Shown: one piece after another, positions 39,309 through 50,758 of the stretch
Layout: each line of letters begins with the position of its first letter
Position numbering within the stretch: the first letter of the stretch is position 1
Origin: Octopus sinensis
Taxonomy: Eukaryota
Length of the DNA stretch: 64,000 nucleotides
Direction of reading: 5' to 3'
Assembly (NCBI RefSeq): GCF_006345805.1
Contig: NC_043003.1
Coordinates: 56,172,001 to 56,236,000 of the forward strand
Made by a program: the position numbers and the translations under genes
The notes under the pieces: generated by a model
Seen by the model: the letters and a program-made list of their open reading frames with translations, nothing else
What the model was told of the DNA's origin: nothing
The model's database searches: none

Positions 39309-39365
39309 GTGATACGCACGGACCGGTTTCGAGATTATTGTCTCTTATCAACAGGCGGTAACCAC
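39309..39365 (-). ncRNA. Type I hammerhead-like motif with U3:A8 core variant (copy a)
   Basis: gtggttaccgcctg / TTGATAA / gaga-caataa-tctc / GAAA-ccgg-TC / cgtgcgtatcac; bulged helix I, 4-bp helix II, palindromic ACCGGT helix III. Confidence 0.65.
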
Positions 39366-39429
39366 CAGGTCACGATGTTATTCTTTATTACCCATAAAGG
39401 GCTACACAGAGGGGACATTACAATACTGG

Positions 39430-40030
39430 ACATGGGGTACATGTGTAGCACACTGGGGGTCTCCCCTCTACCACGACTCTGAGTCGTGTCTCGTCGGGGA
39501 ACACCAACTCTTCTGGGATGTTATACAATATTCTCCTTGCAGTTAAATATTGTTGCTGCTATAATTCTCTCCATTTTCAATTCTGGTGAAATTTTGCTGA
39601 TTCTTATTCTTATCGCTCGTCTTCCACAATAGCTTGGTAGTAGTATCCATTTTTCATTTTTCAATATTTTCGTAGCGTTCTTCTTTGCTTCAGCTTCGTT
39701 CTCAAAATGAACTACCACCGTCGCGTACTTTTTACCTCTATTATAGAAGGTAGCTTTTTCCTCGATCTCCTGCAAACTCCTCTCAATTTCCTCCACCTCT
39801 GCCACTTCTATTTTCTTCGAAGCCACGTTGCACGTTCTGTATGTCATAATACGTTTCTCTGCTTCTCTTCTTCTGGTGGTGTGACCCTCAGGCAGTCACC
39901 CTCCTTCTTGAAACTGTTGAATATTCCTTCAGGCTCTCCTTCTCGACAAAAACTTCCTCCAACTGCAGCTCGCTCGCAGCCAGACCGTTGCCTGCATAAG
40001 TTTGGGTTTGCATATTCGAAAATATCTTCC
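39430..40030 (-). pseudogene. Internally deleted, frameshifted ORF1/gag-like remnant homologous to 16194-17458
   Basis: VTPP..RNVL.TYRT..IERSLQE..FYNRG..VVHFENE..ILLPSYCGRR..ISPE and IPEELVFPDETRLRVVVEGRPPVCYTC parallel ITPP..KTVVLRTY..IERELAE..FITRG..LLFDSPE..VFLPTYCGKS..LPPG..FPEFL..VILEGRPSKCHRC. Confidence 0.8.
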
Positions 40031-40432
40031 ACAATTCACCACACAGCAACAGCTTCCACCAACGAACTCGAACTCACAACCGCGACACACAATAAACGTA
40101 ATCCAAAATATCCGACACAAACAAAAAAACCCCACCAGGTTACGATGAACGACAAGGCCTGCTTTGCAAATATATAAGGGTTTTTCTAGTGACGTCTGCC
40201 ACTGATTTCGAAAAACTGACTGTAAGCATTATTAAATCTCAGTGAGATGTAAACAGCAACCACTCGACAATGTAAAATATAAAACCGCAATGTAAAGTGT
40301 ATAACCACACAGTGGGGGTGTTACTGTAGCTTTTTAGCCCCAGGAGATCATCGTCTCCAGCTGGCTTTAGACGCCCTTTCAGTGCCTTTGAAGTATTTGC
40401 AAAGGGAGGCCATCCTTTTCTCGCAAGCCTGA

Positions 40433-40475
40433 GTGATACGCACGGACCGGTTTCGAGATTATTGTCTCTTATCAA
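40433..40475 (-). ncRNA. Hammerhead-like motif with U3:A8 core (copy b); 5' helix I strand lost at the inversion junction
   Basis: Identical TTGATAAGAGACAATAATCTCGAAACCGGTCcgtgcgtatcac; upstream sequence replaced by the inverted arm. Confidence 0.55.
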
Positions 40476-40837
40476 ACGTCTCAGGATTGTGAGGAAGGGG
40501 TGGCCTCCCTTTGCAAATACTTCAAGTGCACTGAAAGTGTGTCTAAAGCCAGCTGGAGACGATGATCTCCTGGGGCTAAAAGCTACAATAACACCCCCAC
40601 TGTGTGGTTACCCATATTGAGATGGCTTTTATACTATATATATATATATATATCATAAATTAACTTAATTGCTTTTATTCAAAAATCTGGGTGAATACTT
40701 CTTCTTCCTTGCTCATCCCTCTACTTACCTTGTAAGTACATGTCTTTATATTCCTCCATCATGGAAGACAAACAGAGACACGATCGTTCAATGTATTTAT
40801 ATCTATTTATCTCTCTCTCTCTCTCTCTCTCTCTCAC

Positions 40838-40871
<34 letters not shown>

Positions 40872-40932
40872 ATATATATATAATATATATATATATATAT
40901 ACACACAGATACATACACGCATACACGCACAT

Positions 40933-40970
<38 letters not shown>

Positions 40971-41739
40971 TATGTATATATATAAATACACATACAGATA
41001 CATACACACACACACGCACATATATATTTATATATGCTTGTATGTAACAGGCGTCTTTACAAGTATATCCTTCAGATTTATTGACAAATTCTGCATACCC
41101 CTCATATTCAAATGCCATTGAAGATAATTCTGTGTTTAATGGAGAAACTAGAAATGAGATAATTAGGGAGGAAGCAATTTTATCATTCATTCACTCCCAC
41201 AAACTTTGTTCGTCCTTCTATGAAATATATATATGCAGGATTGGTGCAAATTCAGTCAACACACTCCACTTCTATTCATCAATGTAGGGCAATGTCTGCT
41301 TGGAAATTCAAGACATTCATCTTCTAAGTTACCAACGTTAAAATAGGTAAGTGGACATTGAAGCATATTCCTATAGTTACACTTAAAACGTATGATCAAA
41401 GTAAGAAAAAAAAAAACATTTAGTACAATGCCCCACTTCGCATAGCTTACGAACAATAATAATAACAATAACACAACCAACATATGTAGATACATGTCCC
41501 TTGTATTTCAAGGTTTTTCGTTGCTATCTCATAGTAATGTCAAACACACAAACGAATTTGCATCTGTGCGTCTATAGCACAAATACATATTTACACATTT
41601 TTTCGTATATGAATTTTTACATATGCATAAATCCCTGAGCTGAATGAATCTGTTTGTAAAGTGAAATTGACAGTTTGTCTACATACAAAGATGTAGTTAC
41701 GTGTGTTATTTCCAAGTATGCATAATTGTAAGAAATACG

Positions 41740-41747
41740 ATAGATAG

Positions 41748-41778
<31 letters not shown>

Positions 41779-41854
41779 GATAGATAGACAGACGGTGAGA
41801 CAGACAAATTGATAGGTGAATGGATGGCTAGATAGTCAGACGGACGGATGGACG

Positions 41855-41897
<43 letters not shown>

Positions 41898-41921
41898 GGA
41901 CAGACGGACAGACAGACAGAA

Positions 41922-41953
<32 letters not shown>

Positions 41954-42001
41954 GGACATACAGACAGACAGATGGACAGACAGACAGACAGACAGGCAGG
42001 C

Positions 42002-42073
<72 letters not shown>

Positions 42074-42075
42074 CG
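41740..42075. repeat. (GATA)n-(GACA/GACG)n-(GATA)n compound microsatellite
   Basis: Direct inspection. Confidence 0.97.
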
Positions 42076-42348
42076 TGGCGGAATAGCGAGCAGGGGTTTC
42101 AGTGAGTTAGGCTTATAATCTTATAGGAGCAAAGTCAACGTCTCTTCAGTTCATATGTGCACTGTTGTTACTGCGACGGTGTGGCGATATTTCGCTGTTT
42201 CCATGGCAATGAATAGGTATGCACAAAGTTACGCGCGAGCGCCTTTATACATGCATCCAAATATACGTATTTTTCAGATAGATAGATATACATCTTTGCT
42301 TGGGCGCTGCAACTATATATGTAGATGTGCGGGTCAGTGTGTATGTGG

Positions 42349-42398
<50 letters not shown>

Positions 42399-42747
42399 GC
42401 GAGAAAGAAGCAACAAGAATGGATAGGTTTTTAGTACAATCGTTTCATACAAGGACAGGCTTTATTAAAAGTTGTAAAAATTACAGCATATAAACGTGTC
42501 CCGTACTCATCAGCTAAAGTACGGGACACGTTTATATGCTGTAATTTTTACAACTTTTAATAAAGCCTGTCCTTGTATGAAACGATTGTACTAAAAACCT
42601 ATCCATTCTTGTTGCTTCTTTCTCGCTTATAATCACCCCACATTACTGTATTGTTAAAACAGTATAGTTTTTTTTTTGGTGGATCTAAGTTAGGTACCAT
42701 ATTCAAGTAAATTCATTTAAATTAACTTGAATCTTTATTGCTTTTTG
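42399..42747 (-). mobile_element. Palindromic sibling of the 18581-19415 element (perfect 108-bp arms, 12-nt spacer), in (TA)n
   Basis: 42399-42506 is the exact reverse complement of 42519-42626; 42627-42747 matches the reverse complement of 18581-18699. Confidence 0.92.
42430..42518 (-). ncRNA. Type I hammerhead with extended helix II (second complete copy)
   Basis: Minus strand tttag / CTGATGA / long helix II / GAAAC-gatt-GTA / ctaaa, essentially identical to 19296-19385. Confidence 0.72.
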
Positions 42748-42789
42748 TATATATATATATATATATATATATATGCATGTATGTATATA

Positions 42790-43922
42790 TACATACATTG
42801 AGAATTTTCAAGAAAACAAAAGACGAAGACGGGTGTGTAAACAACAAATTAGTTTAACGATCGTGAGAAAGTCTTTAACGTTTCGAGCCTACACTCTTCG
42901 ACATAAAAATAAACTGGGAAGAAAATAGAAAACACGTTTAGTGGCTACCGATCTATGATGGAGAATGTCGGAGAGAGGGGTCACACAGGAGTGCTAGGAA
43001 GAACGGGAGATAATAAAGTAATGGTGATCCCCAAATGAAGGTGCACGTGCGTGTGTATGTGAGAGCGTGTAAGTGCGTATGGAAGGGGGCTGGTGACGTT
43101 GACGTGTGCGTGTGTGCATATGTGGATGGTGTAGGTGCTGGAAAGTGGTCATTGCTAGTGTGGGTGCTAGGAAGTGGTCAGTGCTAGTGTGTGAGGGGTG
43201 GTGTGATGTGGTGTGTTATGGTAGTGTTTGGTGTGGTGGTGTGTAGTGTGGTGGTGTGTGAGGTGGAGGTGCGGTGTGATGGTGTGTCGTGTGGTGATTG
43301 CGGGGTGTGGGTGAGGCGAAAGTGGGGGAAGTGAGAGTGAGGGAAGCAGGTGTGGGTCTAAAGTGTAGGGTGAGGTGGGATAGGATGTATAGGGATGGTG
43401 CGGTTGGAATGTTTAGGGATGAGGTAACGAGTGGGGGTGACGATTAAGGGAGGAGTGGAAGGGAGAAGGTGTGTGGGAGTGAAGTGAAGAAGCAGGTGTC
43501 AGAGCAAGAAAGGTGGGTGGGAGAAAGTAGGTGTGAGAAGAAGAGAAGACAGAGGAGGAGGGTTAGATAAAGAGACGAGGAGAGTTGAGTCCATGTGGCG
43601 CTAAGGAGTGAAGAGAGAAGATTAATCCCAGCTCATGGCGAAGACGGGAGTCCGGATGGACCATGTGCAAGGACAATCCGAACACAGGCAGGTGTTGTAA
43701 AGACTGAACGTAGAGTGGAAATGGTGCGAGACCCGGGTGTTGTTGCCGAATGTGATATCTCGGAGGTGTTCCACAAACCGATCAGCCAAGCGGTGTCCCG
43801 TTTATCCAATGTATATGGAGAGAGCAGGAGATGCAGCATATGATGTTGCTAGAAGTGCAGGTGAAAGAGTCAGTGATATGATAGGGTCGATGGTGGGTGC
43901 TTGTGAGGAAGATGGGCGGGAG
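42790..43922 (-). mobile_element. Penelope-like element 3' end: decayed GIY-YIG endonuclease (43563-43920), CT-rich 3' UTR, pLTR with HHR-like motif (42871-42904)
   Basis: FTCTSSNIICCISCS..IYIG*TGHRLADRFVEHLRDI..VSHHF..FGLSLH..RLRHELGLIFSLHSLAPHGLN: PLE-type GIY-YIG with R, H, E and GLN motifs. Confidence 0.88.
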
Positions 43923-44049
43923 TATATATATATATATATATATATATTCATGATTTCGTACGCACATCAATTTTAGCCAATTTTTGTGTATAGATAATTT
44001 TAGTCTAGTATATATATTCAAAGATTTGTAAATAAACCCGAAGGATTTG

Positions 44050-44290
44050 AAATACGTAGAAGGACATTTGAATAAATTCCAGGTTACTCCATGGTAGTCC
44101 TTATGCCGTCCTTAAATCTCCTTTTAGGTTTATACCGATTGAGATTCTCCTCTGTAAGCCGACCATGAAACAACGGTTTGGTGTGTGCTCATCCGCCATT
44201 CGAACAATTTGTCCAGACCATCTCATTTGGTTTTTCAGAATCATTGATTTCATTGAAGTGATGTGAAGTGATGCCTGGAGACGCAAAGAG
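44050..44290 (-). mobile_element. RTE-clade LINE 3' ORF fragment
   Basis: LHITSMKSMILKNQMRWSGQIVRMADEHTP..GL..G..KGDLRTA resembles the RTE motif QLRW.GHV.RM.D.R.PK. Confidence 0.75.
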
Positions 44291-45931
44291 TCTGGAGTAA
44301 AAAAAAAAAAACCCTTTTCATGTTTAAAATGCGGTGAAGGCATTTTTGGTGGAATTGCTCTAACATTTTAAAATATGATAGATAAATATCCGTATGCATA
44401 CGTATATATGGACAGTGATAGAGATACAGATATCACCGTATTCTGTTGATCTTCAATTTATTCAATGAGGAGGGAGGATTTTCTTTCTAAAATAAAAAAG
44501 CGAGAGAAAAGCTATAAAAAGAAACAAAATTACATATAAACAAACCCATGCAATATAAAAATCACCCATACAACGATATGACAACTAATGTAAGCAAATA
44601 AATAAATAAATGAATAATAAAAATAAATACATGCAAAGAACGTAAAATAAAAACAAGAGATTATTAAACTAATATCAAATAATTAGATAGAGCTAATGTT
44701 TAAAATGAAGACATTCAGAACGAATGTTAAACGACAAGTACAGAGGATGGCATTGTGAGTTTTTATTTTTTTGTTTGCTTTTGTTCTTTTTTTTTCCAGA
44801 ATGAGGAATTAATTGTAATTCAAAACATTTCTTTCTCGCTCATGATTTCTTATCGTATTGTTTAAAGTCGTTACCAAGGAAAGCAGACAATTTATAGCTC
44901 GTAATTCTATTTGAGGCAATGGTCGCCATCATCAATTAATCTTGGCCTTGTGGAAAGCACCTTCAATTTATTTGATTGTCGAAAATAAAAGATAATAAAG
45001 TGACACATAAATAAAAACAAATATACAACAAAAACGAAACAATTAACAATGTAAAATTGTTGTTTAATAATTCATCTTTATTGACCTAAAGAAATTGTGT
45101 CGAATATAATCGAGACACTAAAGCGCCAGACAGTTGCTTTACAATCCTCTTAATTGGTCCTTATGCTTCATTATTTCTGGTTCTAACCATACAACAGGTG
45201 ATTTTGTCGTTATATCTTTCACGCTATTTGATAAAATAATTACTAGTAATATCCTGGGGGAATCATTTAATCGCTACTGCTGCTACTACTGGTGCTACTG
45301 CTTCTCCTCCTATTACTCATGCCATTCGGTCACGTCCTTAATTATTTGGCATTATATTTAATTATTAAACACTTGTTACTGAGATGCAGCAATAGAGACA
45401 TAGAAGGTCAATGATGAAAAACACACACAAACGCACATAAGAACACATATATACACAACGTGTACGCATATATATATATATATATGTGTGTGTATGTGTG
45501 TGTGTGTATGTGTGTACGTATGTAGCCATATGTATATTTGCATCTATGTAATACAGCTCCGTTTCAGCTTTTGTTAATTAATGAATTTTCTTTCAACTCT
45601 TTCAAAGTGCAAATGTAAGTGGACTTTATAAGTGGATTTAGTAGACGGAAACTGAAAAAGCTTGTCATATACACGCATATATACATACATACTTACATAC
45701 ATATATATACATACATACATAAATACATATATATATATACATATACATACATATGTATACATATATATACATACATATATGAACATATATATGTACACAT
45801 ATATATACATGTATATGCATATATATATGCACATATATATACATATATATATACATATATACATATATATATACATATATACATATATATATATACATAT
45901 ATACATATATAATATATATATATATATATAC

Positions 45932-45966
<35 letters not shown>

Positions 45967-45994
45967 CATATATATATACATATATACATATATA

Positions 45995-47945
45995 TTGAAG
46001 ACCCTCATCAATAACCAAAGATCAGCTGAGGAGAAGTGGGCCATTGAAAAAATCAAACTCAACCCCAAAGTGTTCTTTTCATTTGTGAGGAAACGCAGGG
46101 TCACTGTCTCCATTGTTGGCCCTCTAATTGATGAAACTGGCACTCTCCAAGATAACGCCAAATCCATGGCCGAGATACTGCAGAAACAATACTGCTCTGT
46201 TTTCAGCAATCCTGATATGGCCGATCTGGGCTGTATCAGTGATGTCAACCCCCAGCACACTATATCGGACATAACGTTTAGTGCCCCTGATGTCTTAGCG
46301 GCGATAAACGAAATAAAACACAATTCAGCAGTAGGCCCCGATAGGTTCCCTGCTTGTGTCCTGAAGGTGTGTCGACACCAACTTGCATCTCCCCTTGCTA
46401 ATCTGTGGAGAAACTCACTGGATGCTGGCTATATTCCAAAAAACCTTCTGTCCCAGTCTGTTGTCCCAGTTTTAAAAAAGGGAAACAAGTCCCTTGCAGT
46501 GAACTACCGTCCGATCTCACTCACCTCTCATATCATCAAGGTATTTGAGAGGGTGGTGAGATCTCGAATAACCCAATTTCTGGAAAGCAACAGACGGCTG
46601 ATCTCCAACCAACATGGGTTCCGTAATGGAAGGGACTGCCTAACGCAGCTCCTGCATCACATTGAGGACATTTTGAGAGCTTTGGGAGAGGGCTCCAACA
46701 CCGATGTCATCTACCTTGATTTCAGTAAGGCCTTCGACAGGGTCGATCACAAGATCCTATTGAAAAAACTATCCAACATTGGTGTCTCTGGAAAGTAACT
46801 GAAATGGATCAAGTGTTTCCTGACAGACAGCTCTCAACATGTTGTAGTTGAAGGGGAAAAATCAAGCCCAGCCAAAGTCAGTAGTGGCGTTCCGCAAGGC
46901 ACTGTGCTGGGCCCACTTCTTTTCATCATTTACATTAATGACATTAATGACATCATCAAGCACAGCAACATAAAAATCTTTGCAGATGACTCCAAGCTAC
47001 AGAAGGTCATAAATGAGGCGAGTGACCGGACATGACTTCAGTCAGATATACTGGCTGTTGTCCAAAAAAAAACAATATGCTGCTGAACGAGGATAAATTT
47101 GAGTTAATCCACTTTGGAAAAGAGGATGCCCTGAAACTCCCATACTCCCTTCCTTCAGGTGAAACTCTCGCGGCGTCCAACAACATCAGAGACTTGGGAG
47201 TAATTGTGGACAACAACATAAGCTGGGCCACTCATATAAACCCCAAAGTTGACATGGCCCGCAGAATGTGTTCCTGGATTCTCAGAACTTTCCAGTCGAG
47301 AGATATCCACACCATTATCCTTCTCTTCTCCACTTTTGCCCGACCCCACCTTGAATACTGTTGTCCACTGTGGTCTCCCCACACAATACAAGGTATCATA
47401 AAAGTTGAAGCACCTCAAAGGGCAATCACAAAAAAGATAGATGGCATGACAGGCCTCGACTATTGGGGTCGACTAGAAAAGCTAAAACTCTATTCTCTCC
47501 AACGTCGTCGTGAGCGCTACATCATCTGCATGATGTGGAAAATATTCCATCAGCATTGCCCAAATGATGTTGGCATCACCTTTAGGGTACATCCAAGGCT
47601 TGGGCCCCGTGCCATCCGCCCAAACAAAAATCGCACTCTCATCTCATAACAACAATACGGCACAATTATTTCACCTCAATTGGCCCCGCTCTCTTCAACA
47701 TTACACCAAAACACATTAAAACAGAAACTGACCCTATAGGGTTCAAGAAGTCTTTGGACAGATTCCTTCAAGAAATCCCGGATAAACGCCCTACACCCGG
47801 ATATGTCTCTGTAAACAATAACTCTCTACTTGAGTGGGCCATAGTGCCCAACTTCTGACTTGAAAGACTTCACCAGGTGGTGCTATTAAGTTAGACATGA
47901 CCTGGGTCAATAATGGCCGAAACCTATCAAAGTATCAAAGTAAGT
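45995..47945 (+). mobile_element. CR1-like LINE family A, 5'-truncated, RT with stops/frameshifts, (TATCAAAG)n tail
   Basis: [68 protein letters not shown]; flanked by TA-rich repeats. Confidence 0.95.
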
Positions 47946-48144
47946 ACATATAGATATATACATATACATATATATATACATATACATATATAGATACATA
48001 TATACATATATATACATATATATATATATATATACATGCATATATATATACATATATAATACATGCATATATATATACATATATATACACATATATATAC
48101 ATGCATATACATATATATACATATATATATATACATGCATATAC

Positions 48145-48183
<39 letters not shown>

Positions 48184-48188
48184 CATGC

Positions 48189-48227
<39 letters not shown>

Positions 48228-48300
48228 CATACATATATATATACATATATATACATATATATATATATACATACATATATATATGCATATATATACATAC

Positions 48301-48334
<34 letters not shown>

Positions 48335-48393
48335 TATACATATATATATATATATACATACATATATATATGCATATATACATACATATATAT

Positions 48394-48441
<48 letters not shown>

Positions 48442-48605
48442 TATACATATATATATATAATATACATATATATATACATATATATACATATATACATATA
48501 TATATACATATATATATACACATATATACATACATACATATATATATATTTATACATATATACATACATATATATATATAAACTTATATACATATATACA
48601 TATAT

Positions 48606-50036
48606 AACCAGAGACATACAGCCTAAAGGAAGCACCCGAAATCTCTCCAATCTGAACTTCCAGAAAGCAGATTGGAAATCAATCTAAAAAGAGATCCTCA
48701 GAGAGGACTGGCCGGAATGTCTCTCCACACCAGACATTGACATGAAACTAGAATGTTTCATGTCGTCTGTGCAAGCCGTATGCCAGAAATATGTCCCAGA
48801 GCACAAGGCCAAAACAAATAGGAGCAAGATTCCAAGAGACAGGAATCGTCATAAGACGACGGACGAATGTTGCACTCGTCTCAACCAACATCCCAAAAGT
48901 AGCGAAACGCCCCGCCTAAAAACAACACTGATGGAGATCGAGAAGAGTCTGCAACAATCCTATGTGAAGGAGAAAGCAGACAAAGAAGCCTGGGTCATAA
49001 AAAACATTAAATCAAACCCAAAGGTCTTCTTTCATTATGCGAAAGAAACAGTCTCAGTGCACTACAAGATAGGACCCCTCCTCCAAAAGGATGGCTCCCT
49101 CACAGACAGTCTAACTATGATCAGTGAGATGCTGAATGACCAGTTCAAAAGTGTCTTTACCATCCCGTTGGAACAAAGACAAGTGAACGAACCAGTGGAC
49201 TTCTTTGCCGCCTCACCAGCGAGGCGGTTACAATAGAAAGTATTGACATTAGCGAAAAAGATGTCCTACTAGCCATAGAGGAAGTGGACACAAACTCAGC
49301 TGCTGCTCCAGAGGGTTTCCCAGCCATCCTCCTCAAAGCGTGTAAGCATGCCCTGGCAAAACCTCTCAAGATTCTCTTCCAGAGGTTTCTTGCGAATGGC
49401 AAACTACCAAGCAAGGAGGGAATAATAGGCCCAATACATAAAGGGGGAAGTAGAGCAGATGCCAAAAACTATAGGCCTATCTCTCTGACTTCACACATCA
49501 GCAAAGTCATGGAACGGATAGTCACAAAGAAACTAATAGCATTCCTTGAGGAAAATAACTTGCTGAGTGATACCCAGCATGGTTTTCGACGAGGTAGGTG
49601 CTGCCTGACCCAGCTCTTACAACATTATGACTGGGTGTTGAGGCAGTTAATCAACAAATCAAATGTGGACGTAATCTACCTTGATTTTGCAAAAGCTTTT
49701 GACAAGGTGGATCATGGTATGATATGCCACAAACTGCGTGACTTCAGCAACAGCCTGGGTTTCAAGGGCCCACAGCTTTTTAATATTCTCCCAAAGAGTC
49801 TGAGGAACTTGCACAAAGTAGATGTAGCGGTTTTTAAATCAAAGCTAGACATCTTACTGTCGAGAGTCCCAGATGACCCTACCTCAGGGCAAGAGGTGCA
49901 AATGAGAGTAGCTATATCAAATTCTATTATTCACCAAGTGCCACATATTAGACGAGGTTCTTCGCAATAACAGTGTAGCACAAAACGGCGGTGCATCAGC
50001 TTGGCCGCAGCTCTGAGTTGAAACTAGAAAAAAAAA
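48606..50036 (+). mobile_element. CR1-like LINE family B, 5'-truncated, with a large internal deletion near 49740
   Basis: [50 protein letters not shown], then a jump to NSLGFKGPQLFN; A-rich tail. Confidence 0.93.
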
Positions 50037-50072
50037 CACAAGACATACATATGTACAATACAATATATATAT

Positions 50073-50106
<34 letters not shown>

Positions 50107-50599
50107 ATATATATATATAATATACATATATATGACACACATATATAATATATACACATATATATATATACACAAAAATATATACACACATATATATACA
50201 TATATATATATATACACATATATATATATATATCCATATATATTATACACACACAATATATATATATACATATATATTACAACATCATATATACATATAT
50301 ATACATATATAATCTATACCTATATATACATATATTATACATATATATACCTATATATATATACATACATATATATAATCACAACATATATATATACCTA
50401 CATATATATATATATACATAACATATATATATACATATATATATAATACATACATAGATATCCATAATATTTATATATACATACATATTATATATACATA
50501 CATATATATATAAATACATACATATATAAGATATCCATATATATATATACATCCATAAACTATATATATATACATCATATATATATACATACATATATG

Positions 50600-50634
<35 letters not shown>

Positions 50635-50653
50635 CATACATATATATATATAT

Positions 50654-50758
50654 GGATCATAAGATCATAAGATCCTTCTGAGAAAGCTGTCCAATATTGG
50701 TGTCACTGGAAAGTTGCTGCAGTGGAACAAGTGCTTCCTGTCTAACAGAACCCAACAG
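50654..50758 (+). mobile_element. Short family A RT fragment fused in inverted orientation to the 3' end of the adjacent LINE
   Basis: Encodes HKILLRKLSNIGVTGKLLQWNKCFLSNRTQQ; similar but not identical to the reverse complement of 51835-51930. Confidence 0.85.

Larger units (their letters stand above)
39100..40634 (-). mobile_element. Composite element: HHR-bearing direct repeats (39100-39365, 40225-40475) flanking an ORF1/gag-like remnant, plus an inverted repeat copy (40480-40634); in (TA)n
   Basis: ~250-bp direct repeat read directly; 40480-40634 is the reverse complement of part of it; (TA)n at both outer ends. Confidence 0.8.
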
